From Asterionella formosa (Eukaryota): a stretch of DNA of 35,384 bases. The notes under the pieces are model-generated. The model saw only the letters and a list, made by a program, of their open reading frames with translations, had not been told where the DNA came from and searched no databases. The DNA is taken from positions 1-35,384 of the forward strand of contig NKIB01000085.1 of the NCBI GenBank assembly GCA_002256025.1. The letters run 5' to 3'. The translations under genes and the position numbers were made by a program. Shown here in pieces: positions 21,801 through 32,040 of this stretch (position 1 is its first letter; every line of letters starts with the position of its first letter).

Positions 21801-22164
21801 AGTTCTATTGCAAAAACAAATGAAATTTATTATAAATGTGGCTACAAACTATTTGCAGCAATATATGGTAAGAAACGAAAATACATGTAAGAATACATTT
21901 TATAATATAACCATATTTGATGCCAACTGATGTAGCTTAATCTATTTGAATTAACAGTGGCTGCATGATAGGCTTTCATGATTCATGCATGCATGGTTAG
22001 GGTGGTAGAGCATGTTCGTTCTGATGGAACACTCAATTTAGACTGTGGAATCATTCACAATTCATTTCGGCTTCTCCACATGGAAGAAAGTCTTTATCAG
22101 TTGTTGCATTTTATTCAGAAAAGCGGCATTGAGTGTAGTAAAGAGAAAATGGGCTGGCTAATCT

Positions 22165-22900
22165 TGTTAACCAGAAACCAAAAACCAATACCGGATAATA
22201 AAGGTTAAAATGTAAAACGTAAACTAAAATTATGATACAAACTGAGAAAAATGGAAATGATCTCCAATGGTCAATCCATTCATCTCTTCCTGTAGTGTGA
22301 TACTGACTCCATACGTAAATAGTGCATATGTAATCTCCGAATTGACGTGGTATGCAAACATACGTAGTCCTTTTTCTCAAATTCTAATGATCGGAACTTA
22401 TCCAGCTGTTCTGATCTTCCTCTATATATAGTAAACCCCTAATACTCCCCTTCATGCCATTAAAAGTGTGTGGGATGATCCATTGTAAATTGATGGACTT
22501 TGATCTTGTCTTCTAATGCGTCGTTTCTGTGCGGCATCCAACCTTTTCACGAATACTGTCATTGCAACATGCTCAAATATGATGTGGTAATTATGCCATG
22601 AAATGTTGGCAGTCGATACATACTCTGGACTACTTTGATTGCTGATATATAATAGATTGTTTCCTTGGGTACATAAATTGCCGTGCTGAATATAATATAA
22701 CCTGATGGTTGCCCCTTGAATGCATCGGGCTGCGTGAATGTTGTGGGTTCCGAAACAATAGTTCCTTTATCAAGGGCGGGTGAAATTTCGCGCAAGGTAA
22801 TGGTTTTGTTAATACATCGGCATAATTGTGTTCACTCTTGATTTGGTTGAAATTTATAATCCTGCCTGCTATTGCCTCCCTCAGCACACGGCTGATGGTA
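22165..22900 (-). mobile_element. 3' fragment of a Ty1/copia (CoDi-like) LTR retrotransposon: RNase H end, PPT, 3' LTR
   Basis: REAIAGRIINFNQIKSEHNYADVLTKPL...LLFRNP is the copia RNase H end. Purine tract GAAGGGGAG at 22453-22445, followed by a putative ~280-bp LTR TATTA...TTAACA (22444-22165) containing TATATATA. Confidence 0.8.
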
Positions 22901-23416
22901 TCATCTAAGATGCCATTTACGGCACTTTTTCGAATTTATGTCTAAAGTGAAGTATTTATGCTGCTTTTCTAAATATTATGTTACTTTTTTGAAATATTAT
23001 GTTACATTTTCCCTAATTTATTCAGGTTAAACAAAAATTTATTTCACTTCTTGCATAATTATGTGTGCTTGTGACAGTAGTATATGTTGACCAACTAGCC
23101 ATCACAACAGTATAAATGCGAAATATTTATGCTGCTCCGCTACAATATTATGCTGCTTTCACCATAAAATGAACGAAAGAGTTGCCAATTCCGATTCAGT
23201 TATTATTTTTTCTGCTCCGACATTTTTCTTTGATCTCAACTGTCAAATAACAGCACATGCAAGAGGAAGATTCACACAGTAGAATTCAGCACACGTAGTA
23301 GTAGTTGATGTTGTAGACAAATTGTTTAGTCATTGTTGATTGTAGAGATTAAAATAGCCTGCCAGATTAGAAATAAAGCACCGTTCATCCTCTTTGAGCA
23401 TCGTTGAGCATTGCAT

Positions 23417-23950
23417 GTCTGCTCCATAGTGAGTCGAAATTGAGATGTGCCACAATGGCCTTCACCATTTCGAAGCAGCTACAAATATTCTACAGCAATA
23501 ACTCTAGCAAGTACAATGTAGAAAAAGAAGCAAAGGATGAGCATCTGTCATCGATTGAATTCGTAAAATTGTTTAGAAACAGCTGTTGCATATTTTAATC
23601 TTGCACGTCGCCGTAGTAAGTCAAAATTGAGATGTGCCGCAATGGCCTTCTCCGTTTCGGAGCAGCTATAAATAGTCTGAAGCGATAACTTTAGCAAGCA
23701 CAATAAAGAAAAAGAAGGAAAGGATGAGTAGCTGACAACAATTGAATTCGTAAATTTGTTAAGAAACAGCTGTTGCATATTTTAACATACATTGTATGTC
23801 GCCATAGTGAGTCAAAATTGAGATGTGCCGCAATGACATTCTCCTTTTTCGATCGGCAAGATTACATCTATATTGATAATTGTAGCAATAACAAATTGGT
23901 CATAAAGGCAAGGGCCAAGGAAATGAGGACTATCAACTTCATTGAATTCA
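23417..23950. repeat. Tandem array of ~190-bp units (about 3 copies, plus a remnant near 24159-24200)
   Basis: TAGT(G/A)AGTC(G/A)AAATTGAGATGTGCC(A/G)CAATG starts at 23427, 23614 and 23805 (periods 187 and 191). Shared ATTGAATTC and AGAAACAGCTGTTGCATATTTTAA. Confidence 0.9.
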
Positions 23951-24640
23951 ACCACTCCATAGCTAATCTGTATTTTTCGCAATATTTCGCACTTTTTCTG
24001 CACACCAGCAGTCAATGCACTCCAAAAATATTTGCTGGTGTCTGATTTGACCAATAAAACTCTTAGCAGTTTAGTAGATGGATGCAATTTGGTAGAAAAG
24101 TGCACCCCTGCTGATGTACTAACTATGGTCACGGCATAATAGCACATCCTACCTATGGTAGTAAAGAATCAAAAATGAGAACTGCCACAATCGCCATCTA
24201 CGCATCCTGATACAGGAGGGGGAAGGGGTTGCATGCATGAGCAACTACTCCGGTATAAACTATGATCTTTGATCAATGAATTTAGATTCGTTTATCCTAT
24301 AACTTTGATCATAACATATTAATCATATGATGAACGGTGTCGTTGATGAGAAATTGGGCGCGCTCTGATAATAAAAAATTATTACATCATGTGTGTATTA
24401 TAACACAAATTATTCTGGTGATCTGCTACATAATATCGTCCAGGCGCTCTGATAAAAGAGATATTTTAGATTACTTCTCTGACGTTATATATATTTTAAA
24501 CTTTAATTTTCAACATTTAAATTTTCATATCGATGCATCCTCTTGTATGCTAAGCCGCCTCTTGTTCATTGTACGCATGAGTTCTATATATTCATCATCG
24601 TTGGTCACTGACCATGTCAACTTTCATCTCATCTCCTGAT

Positions 24641-24990
24641 ACCGGCAAAAAAGTAGTTGTGGATTCTGCATTTGCATCTAAAAATCAAATGCAATGTTGA
24701 AATCGCATCAAAACAATGTTGATGCAAATGGTAATCCTCGACAAAGATTTGGTATGAATCGCCAAGCCACCTCCATCCGACAGCTGTCGGAATGGAGAAT
24801 GCGATGCCTTGAGGGATCATTTCCGAGAATCAAAGACAAATTTCGATATGGAGGAAAAGGTGAGAGAAAATAAATTCTCCAAATGATTGTATTGCTCTAC
24901 AACTTTCGTGCTAGCAAAGTTGGTCAGAACCAAATTGCTTCAGTGTATATGCCCTATTTGCATAGGAATGCAAATAGATATGCCATGTAA
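24641..24990 (+). pseudogene. C-terminal remnant of Harbinger DDE transposase (DDE_Tnp_4-like)
   Basis: GKKVVVDSAF, then after a frameshift RQATSIRQLSEWRMRCLEGSFPRIK...*ILQMIVLLYNFRASKVGQNQIASVYMPYL. Most of the N-terminal part is missing. Confidence 0.85.
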
Positions 24991-25064
24991 TTCAAAGAAA
25001 TTATTCCTTCATGATTATTTAGCACCACTTCTTTCACATTATATTGGAATGAATTAATTTAAGG

Positions 25065-26114
25065 TTATTCATCATCACTACTACTGCTACCACTGTTATT
25101 TTTTTGTGTTTGACATTGAGTTGAGGCAGACAAAGTTTGTTGTGCATTGGCACCTGCTGTCGAGGTTAGATTTTGGCTTTGCATTGTTTGCTGCATTGAA
25201 ATCATGTTTGAAGCAATAATTGAATTCATAATTGCCTGAATGGGATCGGCACTGTCAGTGGAGGTGGTTGTTTGAGATACCCCATGCTGATTCAACAATG
25301 ATGCGATGATTGACATCATCATCATGTTCATCATGTTCTGTGCCCGTTGCTGCAGTTGTTGCTGCTGCAGGTTATCAGTACCAGTTTGAGTAGCCTTGTG
25401 AAGCAACTGTGTCAAAAGAAGAGAAAGCACTTTCTTGTTTGACACTGGCTCTTTCTCTATTCCAAGATCAGTGGATTCAATCTCAGCACTTGCATCTGCT
25501 CGTTGCTCGATTCTTCGAAAAATTTGTTTGGCATATCTCACCTCAGCAGGGCATGTTGGGTCCCCAGTTGGTTTCTTAACTTTGTGCAGTTGTGAAAACT
25601 TTCGGCGAAGTGAAGGTCCTGTCTGTTCTTTGTCTGGGAAATTCTCGTTGTGCTGTGATGCAACAACTTCCCATTCATGGGATCCAATTGGCAGGTGAGT
25701 AGAAATGGTTTCCAGCAATGAGAGAATCTCATTGATCCTGAACTGTTGACCCCGACTCTGCACGCTTCGGCGAGCTCTTGGAAACGTTGGTGCTCGCCTG
25801 GCAGTTGCCGTTCGTGAAACTGAACTAGTAGGAGCACGTGAAAAATCGTTGTTGTTCCTTGATGGGGAATGAGTAACCCCAGAAACACCAATCTGAGAAA
25901 CACCTGGGACACCCATCCTACTGTCCTCATCGTCACTGGCAAACTCATCAGCACCAGTGTCATCTTCATTCTCGTCGTCGTCGTCCTCCTCTTCTTCTGG
26001 TTGAGTCTGTTCTTGTTGTTCTTGTTGCTGGTGACGGCGACGTTCAAGCAGCCTTGGAGAGGAAGGGAAGCCCTCCCTGGATGCTCTCCTTTGACCAGAA
26101 GAAGATGAAGACAT
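25065..26114 (-). CDS. Transposon accessory Myb/SANT-like protein (DUF6818-like), 349 aa, open frame
   Basis: FRINEILSLLETISTHLPIGSHEWEVVASQHNENFP...SLRRKFSQLHKVKKPTGDPTCPAEVRYAKQI. Lies inside the TIRs, convergent with the transposase remnant. Confidence 0.8.
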   Translation of the reverse strand: MSSSSSGQRRASREGFPSSPRLLERRRHQQQEQQEQTQPEEEEDDDDENEDDTGADEFASDDEDSRMGVPGVSQIGVSGVTHSPSRNNNDFSRAPTSSVSRTATARRAPTFPRARRSVQSRGQQFRINEILSLLETISTHLPIGSHEWEVVASQHNENFPDKEQTGPSLRRKFSQLHKVKKPTGDPTCPAEVRYAKQIFRRIEQRADASAEIESTDLGIEKEPVSNKKVLSLLLTQLLHKATQTGTDNLQQQQLQQRAQNMMNMMMMSIIASLLNQHGVSQTTTSTDSADPIQAIMNSIIASNMISMQQTMQSQNLTSTAGANAQQTLSASTQCQTQKNNSGSSSSDDE

Positions 26115-27569
26115 GGCCGAAATCTAAAAGCGATGACGATCGATTTATTAAGGAGGGTGATTGATATGTAAGGATAGTATGCATATGTATATGCATACCT
26201 ATTTTGGCAAGAGCAAGCCATTTTTAGTATGAGCAAGCAAGTCTTGAAATATTCCGGGAAATTCTATATAGTCATTCATGTCTAAACATCTTTTTATATA
26301 ATGCGCAGTTCTTTATAACTGTAAAAAATTTGTGTTTGTGTTTACCAAATTTGGTCAACACAAACACAAATTTTGGGGTTATGGGTTTGGGGTTATGGGT
26401 ACAACGATTTGTGTTATAATACACATGATATAATAATATTTTATTATCAGAGCGCGCCCACTATGCACGACTAATTGAGTTGAAAATTCAACCAAAAGAA
26501 GAGAAAAAATTCAATTTTCAATGCAACCGGGTTGAAATTCTTGGAGGTCAGTACCTATTTTTACCATGGTAAAATGTTGTCAATACTTTCAAGGTACCAT
26601 CATGTCCCGAGTAGAACAATACCAGGGGTCCTCCACAGAAAAATACAACTTGGGTTGAATTTTAGCTACCAATAACAGTACATACTGTACACCGAAAGTT
26701 GGCTTTGTTCTTATGTAAGGAACAAGGTCCCGGTAAATGAGTAACAGTCTGAACTTCTAACTCTTGACATGCTTTGCTTGCCTACACCCTGCAAAAGCAT
26801 CATTTCCATCTGTTTTCTGTAAAGGAAGAATGCATTGCTTGCATTGCTTGTCAAAAACCGAAAGCTCTGCAATATTGGTAAGGAAATGCAGGTCATCACT
26901 GATATCTTGCTTGTCATCCACTTTTGCTAAATTTCTTTCTGTAACTATCTGCAACCTGCAATCTACAGTCTACTACATTATGGGCTTTGACAGGCTCGTT
27001 TCGATTTATCGCTTCATGAGCATGCTGGTTTTCCACGCCAAAGCCATACCAACATGAATTGCAGTTTAGCAGCATGTAACAAACACAATATAGCTACCTC
27101 ATCTGGAAAGTGTGTGAGTCGATTTTGCGACAAAATAGACAAGTCTCTTGCTTCAACTGGAGCAACAATCACTTCTCAGGGAGTGACACCAAATCACAAT
27201 TACTGAAATCCTGAAATCAAGATGCATGACTGCTTTCGGAGTGGAAGCTAATTAAACCACCAACACATCTGAGATCCCTGCGAGTTGATTTCCAGCCAAA
27301 GATAGCTAGTACCTAGTTTATGCAAAGAATTTGCTTCCCAATGCCATGTGTGACCATCAGGACCTTCATAAGAATGTTAGTGCGTAGCGTGCAGTGGCCA
27401 AATTCTCTAGACAGAGCTTTTTTTAAAGGGAAAGCTGATGGGTTGCATCGCACTGGTCCAACAATAATATAACTAGCCAATTTAACTAATTTAACTTGTT
27501 TATTGAGTTGTTTCCAGAGCTTGAAAGCAGCTGATTCCAAAGCTTGCTTCTTTAACAGGAACTTCGACA

Positions 27570-27690
27570 CCACCAGCGGGGAAAATCAAGAAGGAGGACA
27601 TTCCTACTACTATCATCAAGACCCCATTCCTTGGTACAAGTGCTTTGTTATAAATTCCATACTGGTCCGATGCGCACGCCTCTGGACAAC
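27570..27690 (+). pseudogene. Very short Ty3/gypsy reverse-transcriptase relic
   Basis: KIKKEDIPTTIIKTPF followed, with a frameshift, by YKCFVI. Resembles the gypsy RT motif I.EEDIPKTA..TPFG.YE..VMP. Confidence 0.35.
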
Positions 27691-28208
27691 AATCCATCTG
27701 TAGGTTGGTGTGGTACAGTGCAGTGCCGGTGGTATGGTTGTATGGTGGTATGGTGGTATTCTTCTTTGTGTCTTGTACAGAAGGCAGGTGCAGCACCTAC
27801 ACCTAGCGAAGGGAAGATTGAGACTTGGGAGGAGGCATTCGATTCTTGTTCCTTTTGAGTGTCGGTAAAACTGGTCAGCTAAGTTGATTGTCAAGATAGG
27901 GCATGAGAGAGTCAGGCTAGAGCAAATAACGGATTCACTAAGCAATCACAAAAGAGACTTTGACTTTGCCACTCCGCTCTGCTCTGTTGCTTGCTTGCTT
28001 GCTTCCTTTCCATTGACCGGAAGAAGCAACACAACCAGCCACTCTCCATAGTGGACACAACCAAAGCTCAATAGCACAAGCGCGGCACTCACATCAGCAA
28101 CCCGTTCTGTCCTGTTCTGTTCCGTCGCGTTCGCGTTTGCGTTGACTTGAATCTCAGTTACCACCGGTCACCCATTGCGCCGTGCATCACTTGCTTTCAT
28201 TTTTCGTC

Positions 28209-28496
28209 ATGCTCACACTGCAGAATACCAGCTCAGCAGCTCACTTGCCACTCGCCACTCGCCGCCGTATTCGTCCTCCAAAAGTCAAAGGTCCCTCCCG
28301 AATCTCGCCGGTTCCCACTAAGTCGATGAAGAAAGCAAGAGGCACCCGTAACAACGAAGTATTCCTAGCAGGAGACCGTCGAGGTTGGACAAGGAGCCAG
28401 CCTTTTTTTCGTAGTTGTGGTGGGGATCGCTCGCTCATCATCAGGGATTGTACGAACAAGCACGCAATAAGACAAGCGTTAGATGCGATAATTTAA
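28209..28496 (+). CDS. Candidate small basic orphan protein, 95 aa
   Basis: ATG-to-TAA open frame in a CpG-rich island surrounded by CpG-depleted relics, with an AT-rich 3' flank. No recognisable domain. Confidence 0.35.
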   Translation: MLTLQNTSSAAHLPLATRRRIRPPKVKGPSRISPVPTKSMKKARGTRNNEVFLAGDRRGWTRSQPFFRSCGGDRSLIIRDCTNKHAIRQALDAII

Positions 28497-29006
28497 AAAA
28501 GCATCAAGATTTCGTGGTGGATTCATTTTATTGGCGCATGTGGATGTTTTGTTTGTACTTTACATTTTATAGGTTTTTAATTTATTTTATGAACGAAAGT
28601 GCAAAAGTGTACCGGAAAAAATATTCTCATTATTATTAGACTACTGGCTGATCACGATGATTTGTGAAGATGCATTTGAACAGATCGCCCACCATGACGG
28701 CACTGTTTTTCTTGCATCGGCACTAAAATACACATGTCATGGAGCAAGAATGACGACGCAAAGGAAGGTAGGTACCAGGTACCCGTATGTATATCGCTGC
28801 ACACAAATTCAGGTACCTGGTATCTGGTACCGCGGGTAGGCTGATACCATGTGCCTGGTATCAGGTATCAGGTAGCAGGTACCTGGTATAGAATATCATG
28901 GTCTATGTGCCAAAAAATATATACCAGGTACCGTGCATTGCAAATATGTAAAAGGTAAAGATTTATGTATATACAGTATATGTATCTACAAGCAGTCCAA
29001 AAAAAT

Positions 29007-31333
29007 CATCAGTCATATCGTCCAGTTACTTCCCAACTCTTCTATCCTGCTTAGGCGCAAGTTGGCAAGACTTGGGACATTTCTCGGAAGAGGACACGTC
29101 GTAAACGTCCAAACAACTGTGCAGAATGTCATGGTGACACTAAGCATGCCCATGGCCACTACGGCACAAGCAGTTGTACCAGCAGTACCAGCCATGCCTG
29201 TAGACCCTACGCGTGGTGCCCCGAAAATATATGTTGATGCACTCAAGGATTTTTCCGGGGATCCAATCGACTGGGAGGAATGGTACATTGGTACAGGTGC
29301 AACACTTGGGCAGACGGCATATGCAACTCTTTTGACAGATACAGGCAAGCCAGTACCAGCTGATATAGTAGGTGTGGGACCGTGAATTATACAACATGCT
29401 GAAGAAAGCACTGTATCAGGGGACTGCACATCATATAATTGATGCAAATGGGCTCTAGAGTGGACATGATGCCTGGACTGGATTAAAGATGTGGTATGGA
29501 AAAGCAGATCACTACAGGAATCAACGTTCAATGAGTTATGACTGTCCAATAAGGTGAAAGCTAACGAGTACATAAACACGTTCATTCTCTGCAGTCGAAA
29601 GTTGGAAGATAAACATGAAGGCTACACTGAAGCAACAAAGCGGACTAAATTCCTTGATCAAATTGAGGATGAAGACTATGATGTTTGCGTTCAGAACCTT
29701 TGTGGTGACACCAACAAGACTTTTGATGAGTGTGTTCAACGTATTCGGAGCAGAGAACAGGAATTGGAAAGATTCTCACGAGAGAGTTTCACCAAGGCGA
29801 GGCGTGCAACAACTTCTACAAGTTAAGGCGGAGCCACAACTAAATCATCTAAAGACAACCAAATTACTTTCCTCCCCACACACTTACTCAATACAATTAA
29901 ATCCAATTCTATCAAGAAAGATCTATTTAAGTGGAGAAGTGTCTGGAATAATGAAGGAAGGGCAATTCGTGTTGACAAGTTGACTGGTGCCAATGGAGAT
30001 ACCAAGAAGGATGACAACGCAGTCGAATCTGACAAGGGATGCCACTCCAAGAACAAGCCAAAGACAAGAAAGCGCAAGAAGAAGGCTAGAAGGACAAAGA
30101 CCTCAGCTTCTGGATTTGGCGATACGGCTACACCTCATGTGAAAATCAAGGACTCTGATGACAAAGACAGTGAGGATGATGGAGATGATAGTGACCAGGA
30201 AATAAATCCTACAACAAGTACCCAAAAGCAGAAATCTAAGAAGGAGACTCCCAGGAAAAAGAAAAAGGGACGTCGCAACCCAGTACTCCGACGTGGACGC
30301 ATTCCGGGGGAAGCAGCAAGGGTTGTGCTTGATGGAGGAACTGAATTTGAGGTCATTGGCGGAGTCAGATGGAGAGTTCTGGAAAAAGTGAGCAAGAGCG
30401 CAAAACTGCATGGTTGGGGGGCCAATATGGATGGACCTTCTCTTCCAATTGTCAATGCAGTCACTGCTTATGAACATCCAGAAACAAAAGAAACCTATTT
30501 ACCGTAAAACCTGGTGTCTCGTATCCCCCCTGATACCTGTACCCCCCTTCGTACATCTGGCACAACACCCCCAAACATTTTATGTCTACAGAAAAAATAA
30601 CAGCATATAATTGTATTCTAGCTATTTATTAATGCATTTACTATAATTGTATTCTTACCGGTCACCATCATGAAACAACAATCAACAACAACACGAGAGA
30701 TGCCAATGACATTTGCGATGGCGATATCCTTGTCCTGAGATCTATTTCAAAAGTCGAAGCTGCAACTTGCATGCTTGTTGTGGAGCAATCATTATCAAGC
30801 TGAATGCTAAAGGCTCAGGCAGTTCTGGCCTTGATGTTGTCGGCTTGCCGGAAGTGTTAACAGAATCATTTCGTCTGCTGCCTCATGATGCAGAAGTATT
30901 TCGTGCATGTCATGATTCTTGTCGAACAATCATATAAGTGATGTGGTTGACTTATATTAATTTCCATCACGATCCAAGTCGTAGAGTCTACACAAGTTAA
31001 TACCGTTGTAGGATTAGGTACAAATGGGTACAGACAACTGGAATTACTATTGATGCCATAACAAAACTCGGGCGCACCGGTGCACCAAAAATAGAAATTC
31101 TATTGATCATAGAAACTGTTTGAACCTACAACAATATATCTTTTAATATTGCTGTTTACGTTTTAGACTACGGAGAAAACGGTGGTGAAGTTGTTTTGCT
31201 CGCAGTGTTGGATTATCAAAAAAGGTCCGATGTCTTGTACTCCCCTCTAAGTAAAATCAGTCGTGGCTGTGTACATTGAGGGGTACGAGACACCAGGTTT
31301 TACGGTACTTGGGTTGGGGGGAGCAGCCTTTGA
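29007..31333 (+). mobile_element. Decayed CoDi-like Ty1/copia gag-protease region, interrupted at 30502-31305
   Basis: LKDFSGDPIDWEEW, ELYNMLKKAL..GTAHH...SGHDAWTGLKMWYG and KRTKFLDQIEDEDYD (gag). VVLDGGTEFEVIGG..W...LPIVNAVTAY (protease). Frameshifts and stops present. The frame resumes as LLGLGGAAFD after the insertion. Confidence 0.8.
30502..31305. mobile_element. Non-autonomous Tc1/mariner-superfamily (Tc2/pogo-like) element, 804 bp, TA target duplication
   Basis: 22-bp perfect TIR CCGTAAAACCTGGTGTCTCGTA (30502-30523; inverted 31284-31305), flanked by TA on both sides. No intact ORF. Confidence 0.9.
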
Positions 31334-32040
31334 TACTACTGGATATTCCATAACTTTACAACCATGAGACCTTTCTATGATGTTGAACATCTCATTTGAC
31401 GGGGCAATAATATAGAATGAGATTATACACTTATCTCATTCTTGCAACAATGAAAAACGACATAAAATGGTCATCATGTGATGTTGTCACATGAATACAC
31501 AAAATTGAAATGATTGGTTCCTACTACTGGATATTCCATACCTTTACAGCCATGAGACCTTTCCATGATGTTGAACATCTCATTTGACGGAGGAATAATA
31601 TAGAATGAGATTGTATGCAAATCTCATTCTTGGAACAATCACCAACGCCATACAATGGTCATCATGTGATGTTGCAACATAAACACACGAAATGGAAATG
31701 ATAGGTTCCTAGTACTGGATATTCCATAACATTACAAGTATGAGACCTTTCCATAAAGTTGAACATCTTAATTGACTGTGGAGTTATATAGAATGAGATT
31801 GTATCTATATCTCGAAATAGGAACAATCACCAATGCCATAAAATGGTCATCATGTCATGAGCGAGGTTGCAGCATCAGCACACAATGTTGAAATGATAGG
31901 TTCCCACCACTGCTTCTTTTGTAACGGTATGATTGCTTGTACTACTGATTCATCTATAGTGTTATGAAGTTGACCAATTTCTGGTCACTAGAAGGTATTA
32001 TGATATAAGATAGTATCAATATCTTAGAAAAAGGACAACA
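31334..32040. repeat. Tandem array of 188-bp units (3 similar copies plus a diverged 4th)
   Basis: TA(C/G)TACTGGATATTCCATA starts at 31334, 31522 and 31710, with a diverged copy from ~31905. Internal inverted repeat AGAATGAGAT/ATCTCATTCT. Confidence 0.92.

Larger units (their letters stand above)
24356..26459. mobile_element. Non-autonomous PIF/Harbinger-superfamily (Pangu-like) transposon with ~54-bp TIRs
   Basis: TIR GGGCGCGCTCTGATAATAAAA(A/T)ATTATTA(C/T)ATCATGTG..TATTATAACACAAAT at 24356-24410 and inverted at 26407-26459. Flanks ATT / ACT. Contains a convergent transposase remnant and Myb-like ORF. Confidence 0.9.

Noticed and set aside
25538..26236. 232-aa overlapping ORF
   Set aside because: Alternative frame of the Myb-like ORF with a non-ATG start and no motifs.
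26375..26400. Interstitial telomere
   Set aside because: Only two imperfect units, not TTAGGG, and located inside a transposon subterminus.
26700..27500. hAT or other transposase relic
   Set aside because: One minus-strand frame looks protein-like, but no catalytic or dimerisation motif was found.
23417..32040. CRISPR-like interpretation of the ~190-bp arrays
   Set aside because: Whole units are homologous with no unique spacers, there are no cas genes, and the context is eukaryotic.
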